A program made the position numbers and the translations under genes. Positions 40,081 to 54,800 of a stretch of 64,000 bases of DNA are shown piece after piece. The notes under the pieces were generated by a model that saw only the letters and a list, made by a program, of their open reading frames with translations, was not told the DNA's origin and made no database searches. The DNA is from Hormiphora californensis (taxonomy: Eukaryota; Animalia; Ctenophora). Each line of letters begins with the position of its first letter. The first letter of the stretch is position 1. The stretch spans positions 620,001-684,000 of the forward strand of contig CM035358.1 of assembly GCA_020137815.1 (NCBI GenBank). Reading direction: 5' to 3'.

Positions 40081-41038
40081 TTAGGACCATCCCCGCCATC
40101 CGATCAGGAACGTCCCATCTTTGTGACTTGTGTCCTAACAGTACACTGTACACATACACCATACCAGTACGTAGTATACTGTAGAACAGCTGCGATGGAG
40201 CGCTCCTGAGAGAACAAGTAAAATAAGTCAAGGATTTAGTTGAAAGAGCACCCTGACCGGGTACGCAATGTGTGGTATTATATAAAACATGTGTGTCGAA
40301 ACAACTTGAGCAGATCTCATCCCTTTCCTTCCTGTAGTATCATTACAATATATCTAGGAAAACTTTTTAGGACCATTCTTCATCCGCGTGAAACTATGGT
40401 AACTATGGTAACTAATACTACCGCTTCCTGGCCCTCTTCCAGCTCGTATCGAGAAAAATATGTACTCATCATTTTACACATAAAAACGTACACACTAGAA
40501 CAAGCCACTAAAATATCGACCACCAGAGAAAGGAAGTGCTCTACCCATTTTGTATTTTGTGTAATATTTACATAAATCAGCTAATATTTCCAAAAAATCG
40601 CATAACAGGGGCGCCCTGTAGATTTTGCAATAAAAACACGTATTCCGCCATATAATAATGCAGGAGAGAACTTGATAAAATACCCGCTATTTAAAACAGC
40701 AATTATTCTTTGTGGAACTGGAGTATAAACAACAGGATTGTGCGATTGTACAAGACGTGTAGCGACGATAACGGGAAACACTGATTCTGAAGATTTTTAA
40801 AAAACTTCGCGATTTACTATTTTCGAGAATTTAGTAATTTCCCTTAATTAACATTCAAGTGATGTGTAAAAACAAGTTGAGACTTTGGAAGATGACTAAA
40901 TTCTCGATATATCCACTGATTGTGTTGTTATAATAACTTAATGAGAAAACAAACAAACAAACAAACACACACGCACACAGTTTCTCTTTCTCTCAGTCCC
41001 TCGGTGACAAGTAAAAATGTCCAATATGTCCTCCCTTT

Positions 41039-43897
41039 CTATAGTTCGTTGAATATGCGCTGGGAGGTTGGCAGGGAGCGACGTTCCTTAGAGTGGAAAC
41101 TACGTGATCTAGCATGGGCGTACCTGTAGTAGTGAGAGGGGTTAGAAGTAGGAGATAAATCACACAATAAAAATGGGAACTCATTTGACGGATTGAAGAT
41201 TATCCAATGCAACTATGTAGTTAATTAGTTAGTTCAATTAATTACCGAGATCGGTCGGGGTCTGTTTCCACACTGCTGCTCCTCATTGCGGGTGGACCCC
41301 GGGACCCTCGGTACGCACCCGTACTATACTGCATGTACATTCCTCGCACACTCGCGCTGGAGGAGAGAAGGGGGTTGAACGTATGGGTGGCGGGAGGTGT
41401 TCAAATTGACGATATAATTGTAAGATCGTGCCAGTGAAGATGAGCTCATTAAGGAGTTCATTAGACCGAATTATGTCCTATATCGAGAGAATGGTACCTT
41501 GGGTGTCGTTGTGCCCTAAACTGGGTGTAGTTAGGTGCTGAGTTCGATCTCCGCACAGGTGGTTGTTGTTGTGGTTGTCGTGTGTTACTATTGGTGGGTG
41601 CTGGGGTGGTGATTTCCCGGCCTCCTTTTGTGTATCGGCGGGCCGGGGCAAAGAACCGGTTGAGGTGCCGTGTTGGTGACCTACTTGGACTGAGGGTGAG
41701 GGTGAGTGAGGGTGAATGTAGTGAAAAGTGGTTGCACAGTTTGAGACGTAAAAAAGGTGATTTTAGTAGTGAATGAATGGAACGTGTGTGGGTACAGGTT
41801 ACATGGGTTACTTACTCAGATAGGAGGTTTGTTGCGTTTCGATACTCCTTCGCCACCCTAAATGAGAAAAATATATTTGAACCCAGTATAACATAAACCA
41901 TGTCTAGGTTATTATATATTTGCCATCAAAAACAGAACACCAAGATATTAAAACACACAGCTAAAGGTAGAAGAGAAAGGAGAGAGAGTTGTGAGTACGC
42001 TTAACAGAAATTGTTTTGAGTCCAGAAAAAAAACAGCAAATCAGGCATGCAAAGGAGAGAGGGCAAGAGAACCACAGTTGTGCTCCAAATTACTACACGA
42101 ATAGAAAGCTATGCAGCAGAGATAAAGAAGAAGACAGCGAGAGAGAGAGAGAGATGCGATAGGGGGGACGTACCTAAAAAAAGGGATCGGGTGGTTTTAG
42201 GGAGCCTAAAGGACGCAATCTGTAAGGATGCATCCGCCTAGAGACACGATTGGGCGGCGGTGGGAGTGATGAGGGACCCGGAGGAGGCGCAGGCGCTCTG
42301 AGGAGAGATAGAAAGATAGAAACTGAGAGATAGTAAGATAGAAACTGAGAGATAGAAGTTGAGAGATAGAAAGAGAGACAGAATCCCTACCAATCTAGTG
42401 ATGGAAGTGAAGCAAGAAGCAACAAGAAAGACACACTTCACAGAGCCAGATATAGCAGATTTTCATAAAAATGGCTCATTCACATTTCATGCCATGCAGG
42501 ACAGTAAGGAGCAGAGAGTTTGGGGAAAATGTACCAGTACAGAATGAAAGAATGAGACGATTTTCAAATAAAAAGACGAACTGAAGAGTGGATTGAGAAG
42601 ATCTTTAGTTGAAAGAGAGGGAGAGAGAAGGAGAAAGAGAAAACGAGACACCTGCACTATGCAGTAAGCCCGAAAACACCCAAACCAACACAAGAAGATA
42701 ACAGCACCATACCTGTGGTCTGCAACCAGGGGCCGGCCTCTAAACCCAGATGTTGCTGTGGTGGTGGTGGTTGTATAGTTGTGGTTGGGTCGGAGGGAGG
42801 ACATCGTTCCTACTGCCAGGGAGTTCCTAAAGAAGGGGTCCGTGCTGTCAACTGGTTAGTATCATGACAAGATAGAGATGTTCTTCATGACAAGATAGCA
42901 AGCAATATAATGTGAAAGAGTGGTATGTTTAGTACCTGATCCCATCTGATAGGACTGATGATCTTGTGTTGAGGGCTGGTGAATCGTCGTTACTATATCT
43001 GTGGTGGGGAGAGGGGCATTGGGAGTGGATAGGAAAGGAGAGTGGACAACTAGATTTATCCTTATAAGGAGATTCAAGGATGTTATAATCATGATAATAA
43101 TGTTGACATTTGCCAATACCTTGTTGCGGTGGTATTGGTGGTGGTAGTAGCGGATCTAGATTGTCGTGCTGCTTTCCTCTGTCTCAACCCATCTCCCTGA
43201 GTCATTATCGAGTTCTCGTCACCCTCCTTTTCATCAAGTCTCATACCACTTACTTTATCAGATAGACCGTTAACTATCGTTGTCGCTGTGGGAAGTTGTT
43301 ATCAGTCATGTTATTATTGTTATTGAGTAGGAAGTGCAACTGCCAAGTCATCTGTGACCGTTGTTGATAAGCAACTTTTGATTAATTTTGGAAAATTGGA
43401 TCTACTCCGACAGAGATAGGGCCTTGTTATCTCTCTCAAGAAACTGGTGATCTTTATTCGGCAAAGGAAGTAGAACTACCAGGTTAAGAAACATGATTTG
43501 AAAAACCTCCAAGTCCAACCAGCAAACCTTCAAAGGCAGTAAACATTTTGCCGTAGCCCTTGTCAGCTCCCAATTTCTCAGAAATTGAAGACCCCGCGCG
43601 CGTAGTGTAATACAGAATCATGGTGTTGCGCGCGGACCTCTGAAATACAGGAAAATGTCCCCGCGCCCGCCGACCATCGCGTGTTGTGGTGTGCGATCAC
43701 ACTCACTGTGACTCCTTCGCTTAGCAGTCTCTCCCTCCCTCTCTCTGACTCAGAGAAATCCATTGATCGGCTCTTGATATGCACACGTTCTGCATTGAAC
43801 CGCGTACAGCAAGCAATTTTTTAAATTCCACTAATTCTTTACGTGTTATGCACTTCTCTCTTACCACAATCTTTCTGTTTCAATCTCTACCTTCTAC

Positions 43898-43948
<51 letters not shown>

Positions 43949-44417
43949 ATACTGAAGTAAGTATCTCCCCTCAGAACCTCAATAAGTGTATTTTACACTG
44001 AATGGCTACTCCAGTAGTATGACACACACGTTGACTAGTTTTGATTGGACTTTTCATAAGTAAAATGCTGAGCTAAGTACTGTCGACACATGGGGTGTCT
44101 AACTAACGAACACTACCGGCTTCTGAATGCCGGGATTGGATATGCGAAGTAACACATATGTAAATACACACAGATCTGTATAACTTACACGTAGCAATGC
44201 ATGATTTGTAGACGTCTCCCTGAGCCCACATTTGACCTTGTTTCTGCTCCAAATAGTACTGCTGCTGTCCAATAACTGAACCTGGTCTTGCAACCCTGGC
44301 AGAGAGAGAGAGAGTGATGGTTAGGTGTTGTTAGGGAGAGAAAGTTGATAGTTGTTACACCTTCGCAGCTGACAGCTTGTTTTACCGACAACTTTATTTA
44401 ATTTTGAGAGAGAGTGA

Positions 44418-44482
<65 letters not shown>

Positions 44483-45842
44483 AGAGAGAGCTAGAGGAAA
44501 AAAAAAAGAGCGCGCTCTCTAAAAGAGAGCCGAGACTCATCAGCTCTCTTCTCACCCTCATGAGATAAGATGACAGGCTCATGTGACAAGGTGAAGAACA
44601 ACAGAAGTTGACGTTGTTACTCAAACAGTGCTAATGAGGGGTATTATTAATGAGGGGTATTGCCCCCACAGTGAGATGAGACCCCCCTCATGATTTATGG
44701 GTAGGAGATTGCTTTAGTAGAGGGGGGGGGGGTAGCAGATTGTCTAAAAGTTTGAAGAAGAGACAATAGCGGTCTATAGAGGTGTCCAGCCAGGTATCTG
44801 AGACTGAGAAATGATGAGACTCAGAAAGAGAGATGGGGCTGGGACAGAGAAAGAATAGATAGATATTGAATATAGATCAATGATAGTCGAGTGAGAGACA
44901 CAAAGAAAGGGATCCAAATAGAATAAAGAAAGTGAGAGAGGGAGACAAGTATATGTCAGTAACAAGGGAGGGAGGAGGGGGGGAGAGAGCGGAGAGGGGA
45001 CCAACACACCTGGATTGTGATTATACCAATCTAAGCTGCTGCTGCCCCTTCTTTATATCTCTTTTCTTTACCACCCCTTTTTATTTCTCTCTATTTTTCT
45101 ATCCCCTCTGTGTCTCGATTTCTCTGTCCACCTTTTTATTTCTCTCTTTCTGTCTCTGTCATTCTGTTCTTCTCTCTTTTACGATTTAAATTGTTCTTCA
45201 GAAGACGTACAAAGACATTGAAAAGTTCGATTACTTTTTCACAGAATGTACGTCTCAAGATTGACACGTTCTCTTTTTCTAAGAATTGCTTGATTCGCAG
45301 TAACACAGAATACTCGATAGTGGGTGGATTTTAGTAGGAGTAGTATAACAGTTCATTAGCTAGGGCGCTAGTCCAGCTCTACAAATTAGAGTCCAGGATA
45401 ACATATGGTGTGCTGTGTACAACAACAGAGGTTGTATGTAATAACCCCCCCCTCTCTCTCCCTCTCACTCACTCTCTTCCTCAATATCTTTCTATCTCTT
45501 TCTCTATCTCCCTCATTATCTCCTCCCTATCTCTCCTCATCCTCTCTGGCTTAGTTTGATCCAAATACAAAGGGTACTTATAACTTATTCCTTTCTCTCT
45601 AGCTCCGACCTTTCGATTCATTTCATTCATTACTCCTTATTTTACCTCTCTCAGGCCTTACTTTGTCTACATTTCAGGGCAATTATTGTACATGGAGGGA
45701 GAGAGTCGAGAGCTAGGGAAAGAGAGATGGAAGGGAAAGCGAGGGAGATAGAGAGAAAGTGGTTTGAGTTCTGGTACTAAGTGTCCAGCCATCTACCGGC
45801 CAATACAACATACACGTGATGGTCTAGTGTCCAATGGACGCA

Positions 45843-45913
<71 letters not shown>

Positions 45914-48039
45914 TCTAGAGCCAGAGCGAAGACTTGTTCTCGAGAGATGAACTTGCGTCACAGCAATGCGGCTCCATCGATCTAGTCATCTGCAGTATCG
46001 ATTCCTCGCATCGCTAGCGCTCTCTCTCCTCTTCCGCTCATCGCGCCCTCTGCGCCTGCCTTCGCGTTTCGATTAATCTTATTACCCGACTTTGTTAACA
46101 TATCCCATATAGCAGCCAACCTAAAGAGCAGAGGGAACGAGAGCAAGAAGACCACTAGTAGCGAGCATTCGAGTCTGTAATTTCGTCTTCTCCTACTGCT
46201 CTCTCTCGATCCTTCTCTTCTTCTCTAACAATCTCGAGTCTCCTTCATTCATCCTACACTAAAATAGCAATCCAGTATCAAATGTCCTAGCTTAGGACCT
46301 CGTACCACTTCCAGAAAATGCTTGGAGTTATGACAGCTACAGCAGTAAAACATAAAACCCCCTCTCCTTACCCTGAATGCAGTCATGTGCAACCTCACTT
46401 AACTCAACAATAGGTAAAACTCCAATATACATAATCATCCCTAATGTAGGATCCTGGTATGCTTTCAAAAGTCTCTAACATATAGGACCCGTCCTATCAC
46501 AAACCAATTTCAATGAAAACTGCGCTCCTGTATTCCATACCCTGAATACACTCCTGAGCGGTAAACCTACCTGATCCATCCAATGCACTCCTGAGCGGTA
46601 AAACGGTAATGTTTCATCATCCAACATGCTATGAGGGACCCCGTCCTACCAAGCCCAGCTTTACAATGAACTGCAATGGCTCCTTTCGTCTTCTCCGCTA
46701 TCGTCAGGAATTTTCTGAGCGGGGAAAGAGGGTAGTTTTTGGGATCTTTGGATCGAGAGTTTGGGAGAACTAAAAAGAGTAAAAGATGGATTTTAACAAC
46801 AAGAAATTCGTATTTTCTCTAGTTTTCCTACCTCAATATATTATCGGGAGGGGAGGAACCATCAGGGAAGAATAGATCGTGATGTGCAATACCAGCCTCA
46901 GTGAAGCGTTTAGCATCATACATGGGCTTGTTTAGTCGTATCACCGCTGTCACGTTGTGCTCCTAAACAGGGATGGTGGGGTTCACATTTAGTTAGGGTT
47001 GGGATGAGACTTAGTGGGTGATTTAAATTAGGACATGTTGTCTAAAGTTGAAGTTGTATTAAAATAGCTCAGTAAAATTTCTCGAGAGAAGAAGGGGCAA
47101 AGAGAGGTGTTCGTGGTTTCATTACTTTGCCCAAAAGGAGTCAAAGTGATTTAACACAATTCGTATGATAGAGAGACTCAGCCTTTTGTCTTTCTACCTT
47201 TCTTTCCCTATCTCTCTGTCCCTCTCCCTATCTCTCTACCCATCTGTATCTCTGTACATACCTTGAAGTAAGGGATGTAGGTTCCAGGTGCATGGAGCAT
47301 GTAACCGTTTTCAATTTTAGTTTTGTTGTGGGGTCCACTGAATGCTAGGAACTTATCTGAAAAGAAAATAGTTAGAAAATCATATCTGGAGTTAGACCAT
47401 CTGGAGTTAGAAAATAGTTGGAGTTAGAAAATAGTTGGAGTTAGAAAATCATATGTATAACGGGAGGAGATGATTAATAATGGATTGACGATGAGATCAC
47501 CAGTTATAGAGATGATTTGATGATTAATATTTGATGGTTAATAGTTAATACTATATTTGATGGTTTATATTTGATGGTTATGGTAGTTAAGAACCAGAGA
47601 AGAGAGACAAGTCATGCGGTTCGAGAGAGTGGTTGAGTTTCAAGCCTTGTTCTTTAGAAGCAAGTACTGGACTTTTTGAAACTCGATTTAGTTTTTGTTA
47701 TCTAAATGACGACATTAATTTTCCTTGTTGACTTTATCTGAACAACTTATCTCATTCACAATATCATTCACTATCTCGTATTGTCCATCTCGTTAGCTGA
47801 GCTAAACTCATTATAAACGAAATCAGATCATTCCTTCCGATATACCCAGACTATTATCATCTGCAGATTTCAGATCTAAATTCTTGGCGGCGGGAGATGT
47901 AGAGGTTCGGGGGAAGAATGTGTGGAGAGAGAGAATTCAATACGCCACTAACACGATTACATCCTGTGGGTCACCCAGGCAACGGTTCCCTTGCATTCTC
48001 ACTCCATGATAGCTCTACAATTCTTCATTCTCTTACACA

Positions 48040-48094
<55 letters not shown>

Positions 48095-48789
48095 ACATTC
48101 TCTCGCTCTCTTTCTCTCTCTCTCTCTCTATCTCACATTCTCTCGCTCTCTTTCTCTCTCATCAGGGCGAGAAATGCCCTCTAGATCGAGTGTTCGAGTG
48201 TATGTTTGGGTCACTATATCATCAAATATCATGCATCAATGGGAATGAAGTTTCTATAATTTAGAACTTATTTGGCAATCCAGACAAGATTGATCGAGAT
48301 TCTCAACTTTACAATTCGTCATAAGGCGTTTGAATTGTAATCAATTACAGTTCAAACGCCTAATAAAATGACGATAGTATGACGAACCTATTCCGTATCA
48401 TGTTGTGTATGTGTGTTTATGTGTGGGTGACACGGTGGCGTGGTGGAAATATGAAAATAATTATCCCTCTCTCTCACACAATTGTACTCAGAATTTAATA
48501 GATAGACTGCCTGACTCAGAGGTTTCCTGGAAAGAGGGTGTAGGTCTGTTGATGCGTGACAAAGTGTTTGCTAGGTCACTTGTCAGTTAATATCCGGGGA
48601 TGTATAATAATGGGAGAATTAGATGCCGCCGTCTAGTCAAGGATGATGCTCATAATGGGAGTGATCGAATTGACAAGTTATCATTTAAACGGCACGATAT
48701 AATATGACCGCTTTATGACCTTTCCGGTATAAAGTTTGTCATGTTATGAAAAGACACGTGTTAAAAATAAGGAAACTTGAACGGAGAAC

Positions 48790-48844
<55 letters not shown>

Positions 48845-51800
48845 TGTTTTTAAATGCATGACCCATGCAGTGTAGTCCGTCGTTTAAGCAAGTAAGGAAT
48901 TTAAAAAAGTAACTGACGAAATTTTACCAGCTAGAGCGTTACCATTTTTACTCTCTTAGTTCCAAACTGCGTGGACACGAAGTCTCCGCTTTTACTTTGC
49001 ATGGAATGTATTCTTTTCTCGAGCTATGTCTCTATAACTCTTTCTATCTTTCCCTCTCTTATTCTAGACATGAAGCTCCCAGTATGTCATTTTCTCGACT
49101 CTCTCTTTCTACATCTTGTATGGAGGTTAATGGGCTAAAAGGTTGCAGCTATTACTGCACCAGACAGCCACTAGACAGAACCCTGGCGTACCACGTGCAG
49201 ACTAAAAATGTCCAGAATAGAAAAATAGATAAAAACGACATAGAAAGATAGATACAGGAGGATAGAAAGAGAGGGAATGGGGAGAGAAAGAGAGGGAAGG
49301 AAGATAGAGAGGGAATGGAGAGAGAAAGACAGGGAGATGATAATAATGGATGGTATCGGGGGATCATTAGGATAAAATGATGAAGTTAGAGTTGTATAAC
49401 AGAGAAGAAAAACAAGATCTGTAGATCTGTGTATAACAGGGAAGACAAACAAGATCTGTGTCTCGGTGTAATTGTGGGTAACAAAACACTATGAACTCCC
49501 GAGTTCACCTCCTAAAATGATATCACGAAAAAGATACCCTTTCCCACGGCCACTGCTGATCGAGGGTGATTCACTGGGAACAATTAACAATTAACGTACC
49601 GGGAACTATCCAATTAAAGTCTCCGTTCTCCACACTTTCATAGTGTTCGTATTCCGTTACGTCGAATGTGGTAAAATCAAGGAATTTGCATTTGAAGGCC
49701 TTGTAGGTTCCAGCAATAACAAATGGCACTGTTAGTTTGTAGGTACACCCACCGTACGAGGCATCCCTGAGGGTAGAAGAGGGTTATAGTTCATAGGATG
49801 GAGCTGAGAAATTAAAGGAATTTTATCTAAGTTTCCCAGAATGTCATGAATTATAGGATGCATTTCAAGGTTTCCCTCTCTCTCCTTGATCTTTACCCGA
49901 TAACGAATCACACTAAATATGGTTCTGACAGGAGTGCCCACTAGTGCATATTATAACCACTTTGTCACACAGGACACACGGCAAATAATCTCTACATAAT
50001 ATTCACATATTTTATTATAGGATTTGAGATGGATAATTGATAATTATTATCTCTCTCCCTTACTGATCTCTCTATTCTCACGACACTGAGTATCATGATT
50101 CAGTGATTTAGTAGTAGTGGATTAAGTAGTAGTGAATTGAGAATCAAGTGTATAGCAGTGGATTGAGTAGTGAATTGAGCAGTGGATTGAGTAGTGAATT
50201 GAGCAGTGGATTGAGTAGTGAATTGAGTAGGGGGGTGCATTAGAGTGCAATTTGAAGTTCCCATACTGCTAATGGATGAGACATTGAACAGACGGACAAA
50301 CACACATACAATACACTGTGATGGATATTTTCTCAATCAAGTGTATAGCAGTGGATTGAGTAGTGAATTGAGCAGTGGATTGAGTAGTGAATTGAGTAGG
50401 GGGGTGCATTAGAGTGCAATTTGAAGTTCCCATACTGCTAATGGATCAGACATTGAACAGACGGACAAACACACATACAATACACTGTGATGGATATTTT
50501 CTCAATCAATCTTTTTAACACGGTCTGCTTTTTCAGACCCTCCCTCTCTTGTGCAGTGGTATTAAATTGAGTGATCAATAGTGTGAGGTGGGTGGAGAGA
50601 GAGGGAGGAATTGGAGAGGGCGATTGGGGGGGGGGGGTGATAACCAATCTGATCACGAGATATATACCGCAGGTCATGTAATCACTCTCTCATCACATAC
50701 CAGTCCCTCAATTTATAGGTTCTCTATCTCATATCTCTCTGTCTCTATCTCATATCTCTCTGTCTCTCTGTCTACCCCCAAGATACATATCTTGTTTTCG
50801 TGATGCAGAAAACACGCAAACCGATTACGTAAATTGGAATTCACAATTTCAAAGTATGTCTGCAGACAGAAATACACGTTCTTCTATAACTGTGTTCCTA
50901 CATTTGGGACTTCCCAATACTACTGATGTGGTACTGTAGTGCAGTAGACTGTACTGTAAAGCTACATAGTACAGACACTTTTATTGAAATTTAGATTGGT
51001 GATAGAGACAGAGAGAAGGAGAGAGAGGGGGAGGGAGAGAGGGAGAGAGGGGAAAAAAGAAAAGAAACTACAGAAAGATAGGTCTACGTTCGTAATTGCG
51101 TAGAATACTGGAACACAGTTAGCGAGCGGCCTTGGCCAGACTCTAAATAAAACACATTGTATCACACATCCCAACCAACTCCCTCCCCCTATGACGCGTC
51201 AGAGTACTAGAAATAATTAGGCTAAAAAGAGCGCCAACATTTATTTAGGTTCTTCACATTCCATCTTCCCACCTCACACACAATCTAAATATACACAGTG
51301 GTGTGTACCTAAATATACTACTACCTAAATATGTACCAACTCGCCCTAATTCTGTTTCCGGTGAAACCTAAACCCTGTTACACACCCCCACACATTCTCT
51401 GCAGTCTCATTTACACTGTAGTATCTCACTCTCATACACTCTCTGGCCTCAGCAGTCAGCAGTCCCCACAACACACTAATCAAGTCTCTCGAGACTCGAA
51501 TGTCAACAGTCAACTAAGAAAGAAGAACATGACTCAGCGGAAATGATCAAATCATCCTACCTGAAGTGGAAGAACTGTTGGCTCTTCCCATTTCTGAAGG
51601 GAGCGAAGGCTTCCTCGGGGGTCTTCTTTAGATAAATGATAGCATATGAGCAAATCAGCACTGCTGCATTGGCCCTCTTCTTTTGATCGTACCCCGTGTA
51701 ATGGACAATCTTCTTTCCTCTTAGTGAGGGTGCCTAGTAGAGAGGGAGATGTTATATATGGGGTGCAGGGTGCCTGGAAAAGAGATGTTACATTTAGGGA

Positions 51801-54800
51801 GAGGGGGCAATTAGTAAGGTTTGATACTCATGACAGTGTGCACATATATTTTAGACATTTCAACAGGAAATAGGGTTTCCATTGCAGCTGGGTGTCGGCA
51901 ACGTGTAGGGAGAGATATGGCAGTTGGAGAGAGAGAGAGGTGGGGAAACTAAAAATAAATCTACAAACCTTCAGTTTTTTGTTCACTTTCTGACAATATC
52001 GGTACAGCATTGCCAGGTTAAGAGGTCCAAAGTCTGCATAAAATCTGAAAGAAAAAGAAAATACCGTTATTTCCAAACCGATTTCCGATTTCCAAACCTA
52101 ACAATTTATTTTTCAGTACTTTTTGAGTGTGTGAATTGTGTACATGTTACATAGTGATTGTATGCATGAGACATCGTCCTGTTCAATTTGTGGAGCATCG
52201 ATATTTGCTAGACATCCATGTATCCCATGAACTGTGTCCCCCTCTCAGCTCTCTTTCTCTCTCTCCCTATCGTTTCTTCCCTCTCTCTCCTTCCCTATCT
52301 TCCCCCCCCTCTCTCCCATCTTACTCTCTGTCTCTGTCTCTCAATCAATCAGTCAAAACTGCCGCTGGCAGTGGCATTGCGCCGAAATAAATATATAATA
52401 ATAAGCAAACCAGCCACACAGACCAAACTGAGTGAGGATTCAAGGTGGCGTAACAGGGTCGTTAGCACGAAGACGGTGAGGTCTTTTGTGTGCTTTGAAC
52501 CTGCTACCCCACCCTGGTCCCCACTGTGTCTTTACAAAACTTAAAATCATAACAAAAATATAAAACATAAAATAGATCCATATCTCGAACAATTAGCTTA
52601 TTCATCACTCTCACTAATCTCTCACAACACTTCTCACGCCTCGCTCTCTACAATAGAGCCTCTTCTAATTCTCCACACTTTATCAGGTTCATTTTCTCTT
52701 CTCTCTCTCAGTTTAGTAACTAATTCTCGTCTCTCAGTTCTCTCCTCTATTGATCTGTCTGGTGCAACGAACACTGACTGATATTGGTCTGAGTCCTTTA
52801 GCGATACCGATTTTCCCAAAATAGTCCTAGCAATCTCTCTGTTCCTCAGCACCACCCGCACTGGCCGTACCCTCTCACCACCTCTCTTTCCTAGTCGTGC
52901 CACCTCTGATAACACTGGAGCTTCAGACAAATGTTCAAATAGTTGCTTTACTAAAGTACTGTCACTTTGCTGATCACTCTCTGGGAGACCGTACACCATC
53001 AGGTTGCTACTACGATCAACTGAAGCGCTGGCAATCGCTGTTCGTAGTTTGCTGGGAGCAAGGGCAGATACACAGGTCTGGTTCACAGCAGTAGCAGCTG
53101 TCTGGAGAACAGCAGAGTAGTTCTGGATCTCGTCTTTAACAACTGTCTGTACAGCAGTCACACTCTTCTCTAGCATGGTGTCCTTCATGGATATGATAGA
53201 GTCTTTCAAGGCACTGATCTCTGATTGTAGTTCAATGATCTTGGAATCACGTTCTAGTAACACAGCTGTAGCACTATCAAGACGGTCACGGGTGTGGTCA
53301 AGATGCTCCATGAGCTTCTCTACCTTTTCTTTCGATTCATTGCTGCACACAGAACTGTTGTGAGACCTCGTATCATCTGATAACAAGTTCTTCCTAGCTA
53401 ACCGACCGAGAGGGAGTGCACGATACCAAAGCAAACCCGCCAGATCAGAGATAAAGCTGACCTTCTTGTTGGTATCTAGTTTAGAGAGATAGGTGCTGGT
53501 CAACTTGTTCGGGTCAAATGTGCCGCCTTCCTTGTTAGGGTCAGGGTACCCCGCGACTCGTCTCAATGTGGACATGATGGACGTCTCCAACCGGCTGTAA
53601 TCAGCAGCAACAGCACGGGTACCTGGACAGCCATGCCGCCAGGTAGTGAAGGCACGATCCAACTTGGGGTCAGACAAGGCCATGTTCGTACGCGTGAACA
53701 ACGGTGCAAGAACAAGCAACTATCAGGAGCGAGCTTTTTAAACGAAACTGATAAGTGAAATGTGAGAAGTGAATAAGTGAAATGTGAGATCTCCCGGCAG
53801 CTGTAGAAGTACACCTATACAGCAATGTCGTGCAAATTGCCTCCAGATTGCGCCGACACGAAGCTTTCTCGTCTCTCATATGTAATAATGTGCGAGGTTT
53901 CACTACCAAATCATTCAATCTCACAGTTCATGATTTGGTGGGACAAGAGGAAATGATGCGATATCGCAATGAAAATGAACTTTTTAGTCTTTGTCGTTAT
54001 GTTATTCTGATTCAAAATTGTCTGAAAAATCGTTCTATCACTGGCCCGAAGCTGTATCTCAAAAGGGAAAAATTCTACAGCTGCTTCAAATTTGTGACAT
54101 CTTTTAGTTATCACCCGTTATAAACTCTTTTCGCTAATGTAGGGCGGCCAGTCGAGAGATACATTTCCCATGATCGGAGAGGAGGCTGGGAGAAGGATCA
54201 AGGGGTGAAGTACACTATCGTGGGGGAGAGAATCAATATTATATGTAGGATGTAACCTAATATTCTGCAGCCCCCCCCTCCATGACTCACACACACACCC
54301 GATCTAATGACTAACACTCTTTCTTTTGGGTGATTGCCAGGGTTTCACCGGGAAAACAATTTGCCAGAACTTCTTTAGTAAGTTGGTGATCTAATTTACA
54401 AAGTTTGCTAAGTTGACAAACATGTTGACACCTCTATTCTATTCCTGTAACAGTATACCTTCTCCCCTACTACACTGCAACTGGTATATTGAGGCTACAA
54501 CAAAATGAAGAGCTTGAGCCCCGTACCATTGTTACCATGGCGACGAAAGGGGGTCTACAGGATAATGAGGTGATGATAATCACCGCGGTGCTCAAGCTCC
54601 TCAAAGTTTTTAAAACTTTCCCATGGCCGTTTTGTTGCACAATAGTATTGTTATGGCTTCGGTTAGAGATCCTGTCATTGGTTAAAACGGGGTCATGTGA
54701 CATTACATGTGATTCATTTTGCCCAATAGAACCACTCTATTTTATATTCCCCAGGGACTTCATCATGTCATTTTAGGGACACTACAGCCTACTCAACCAC

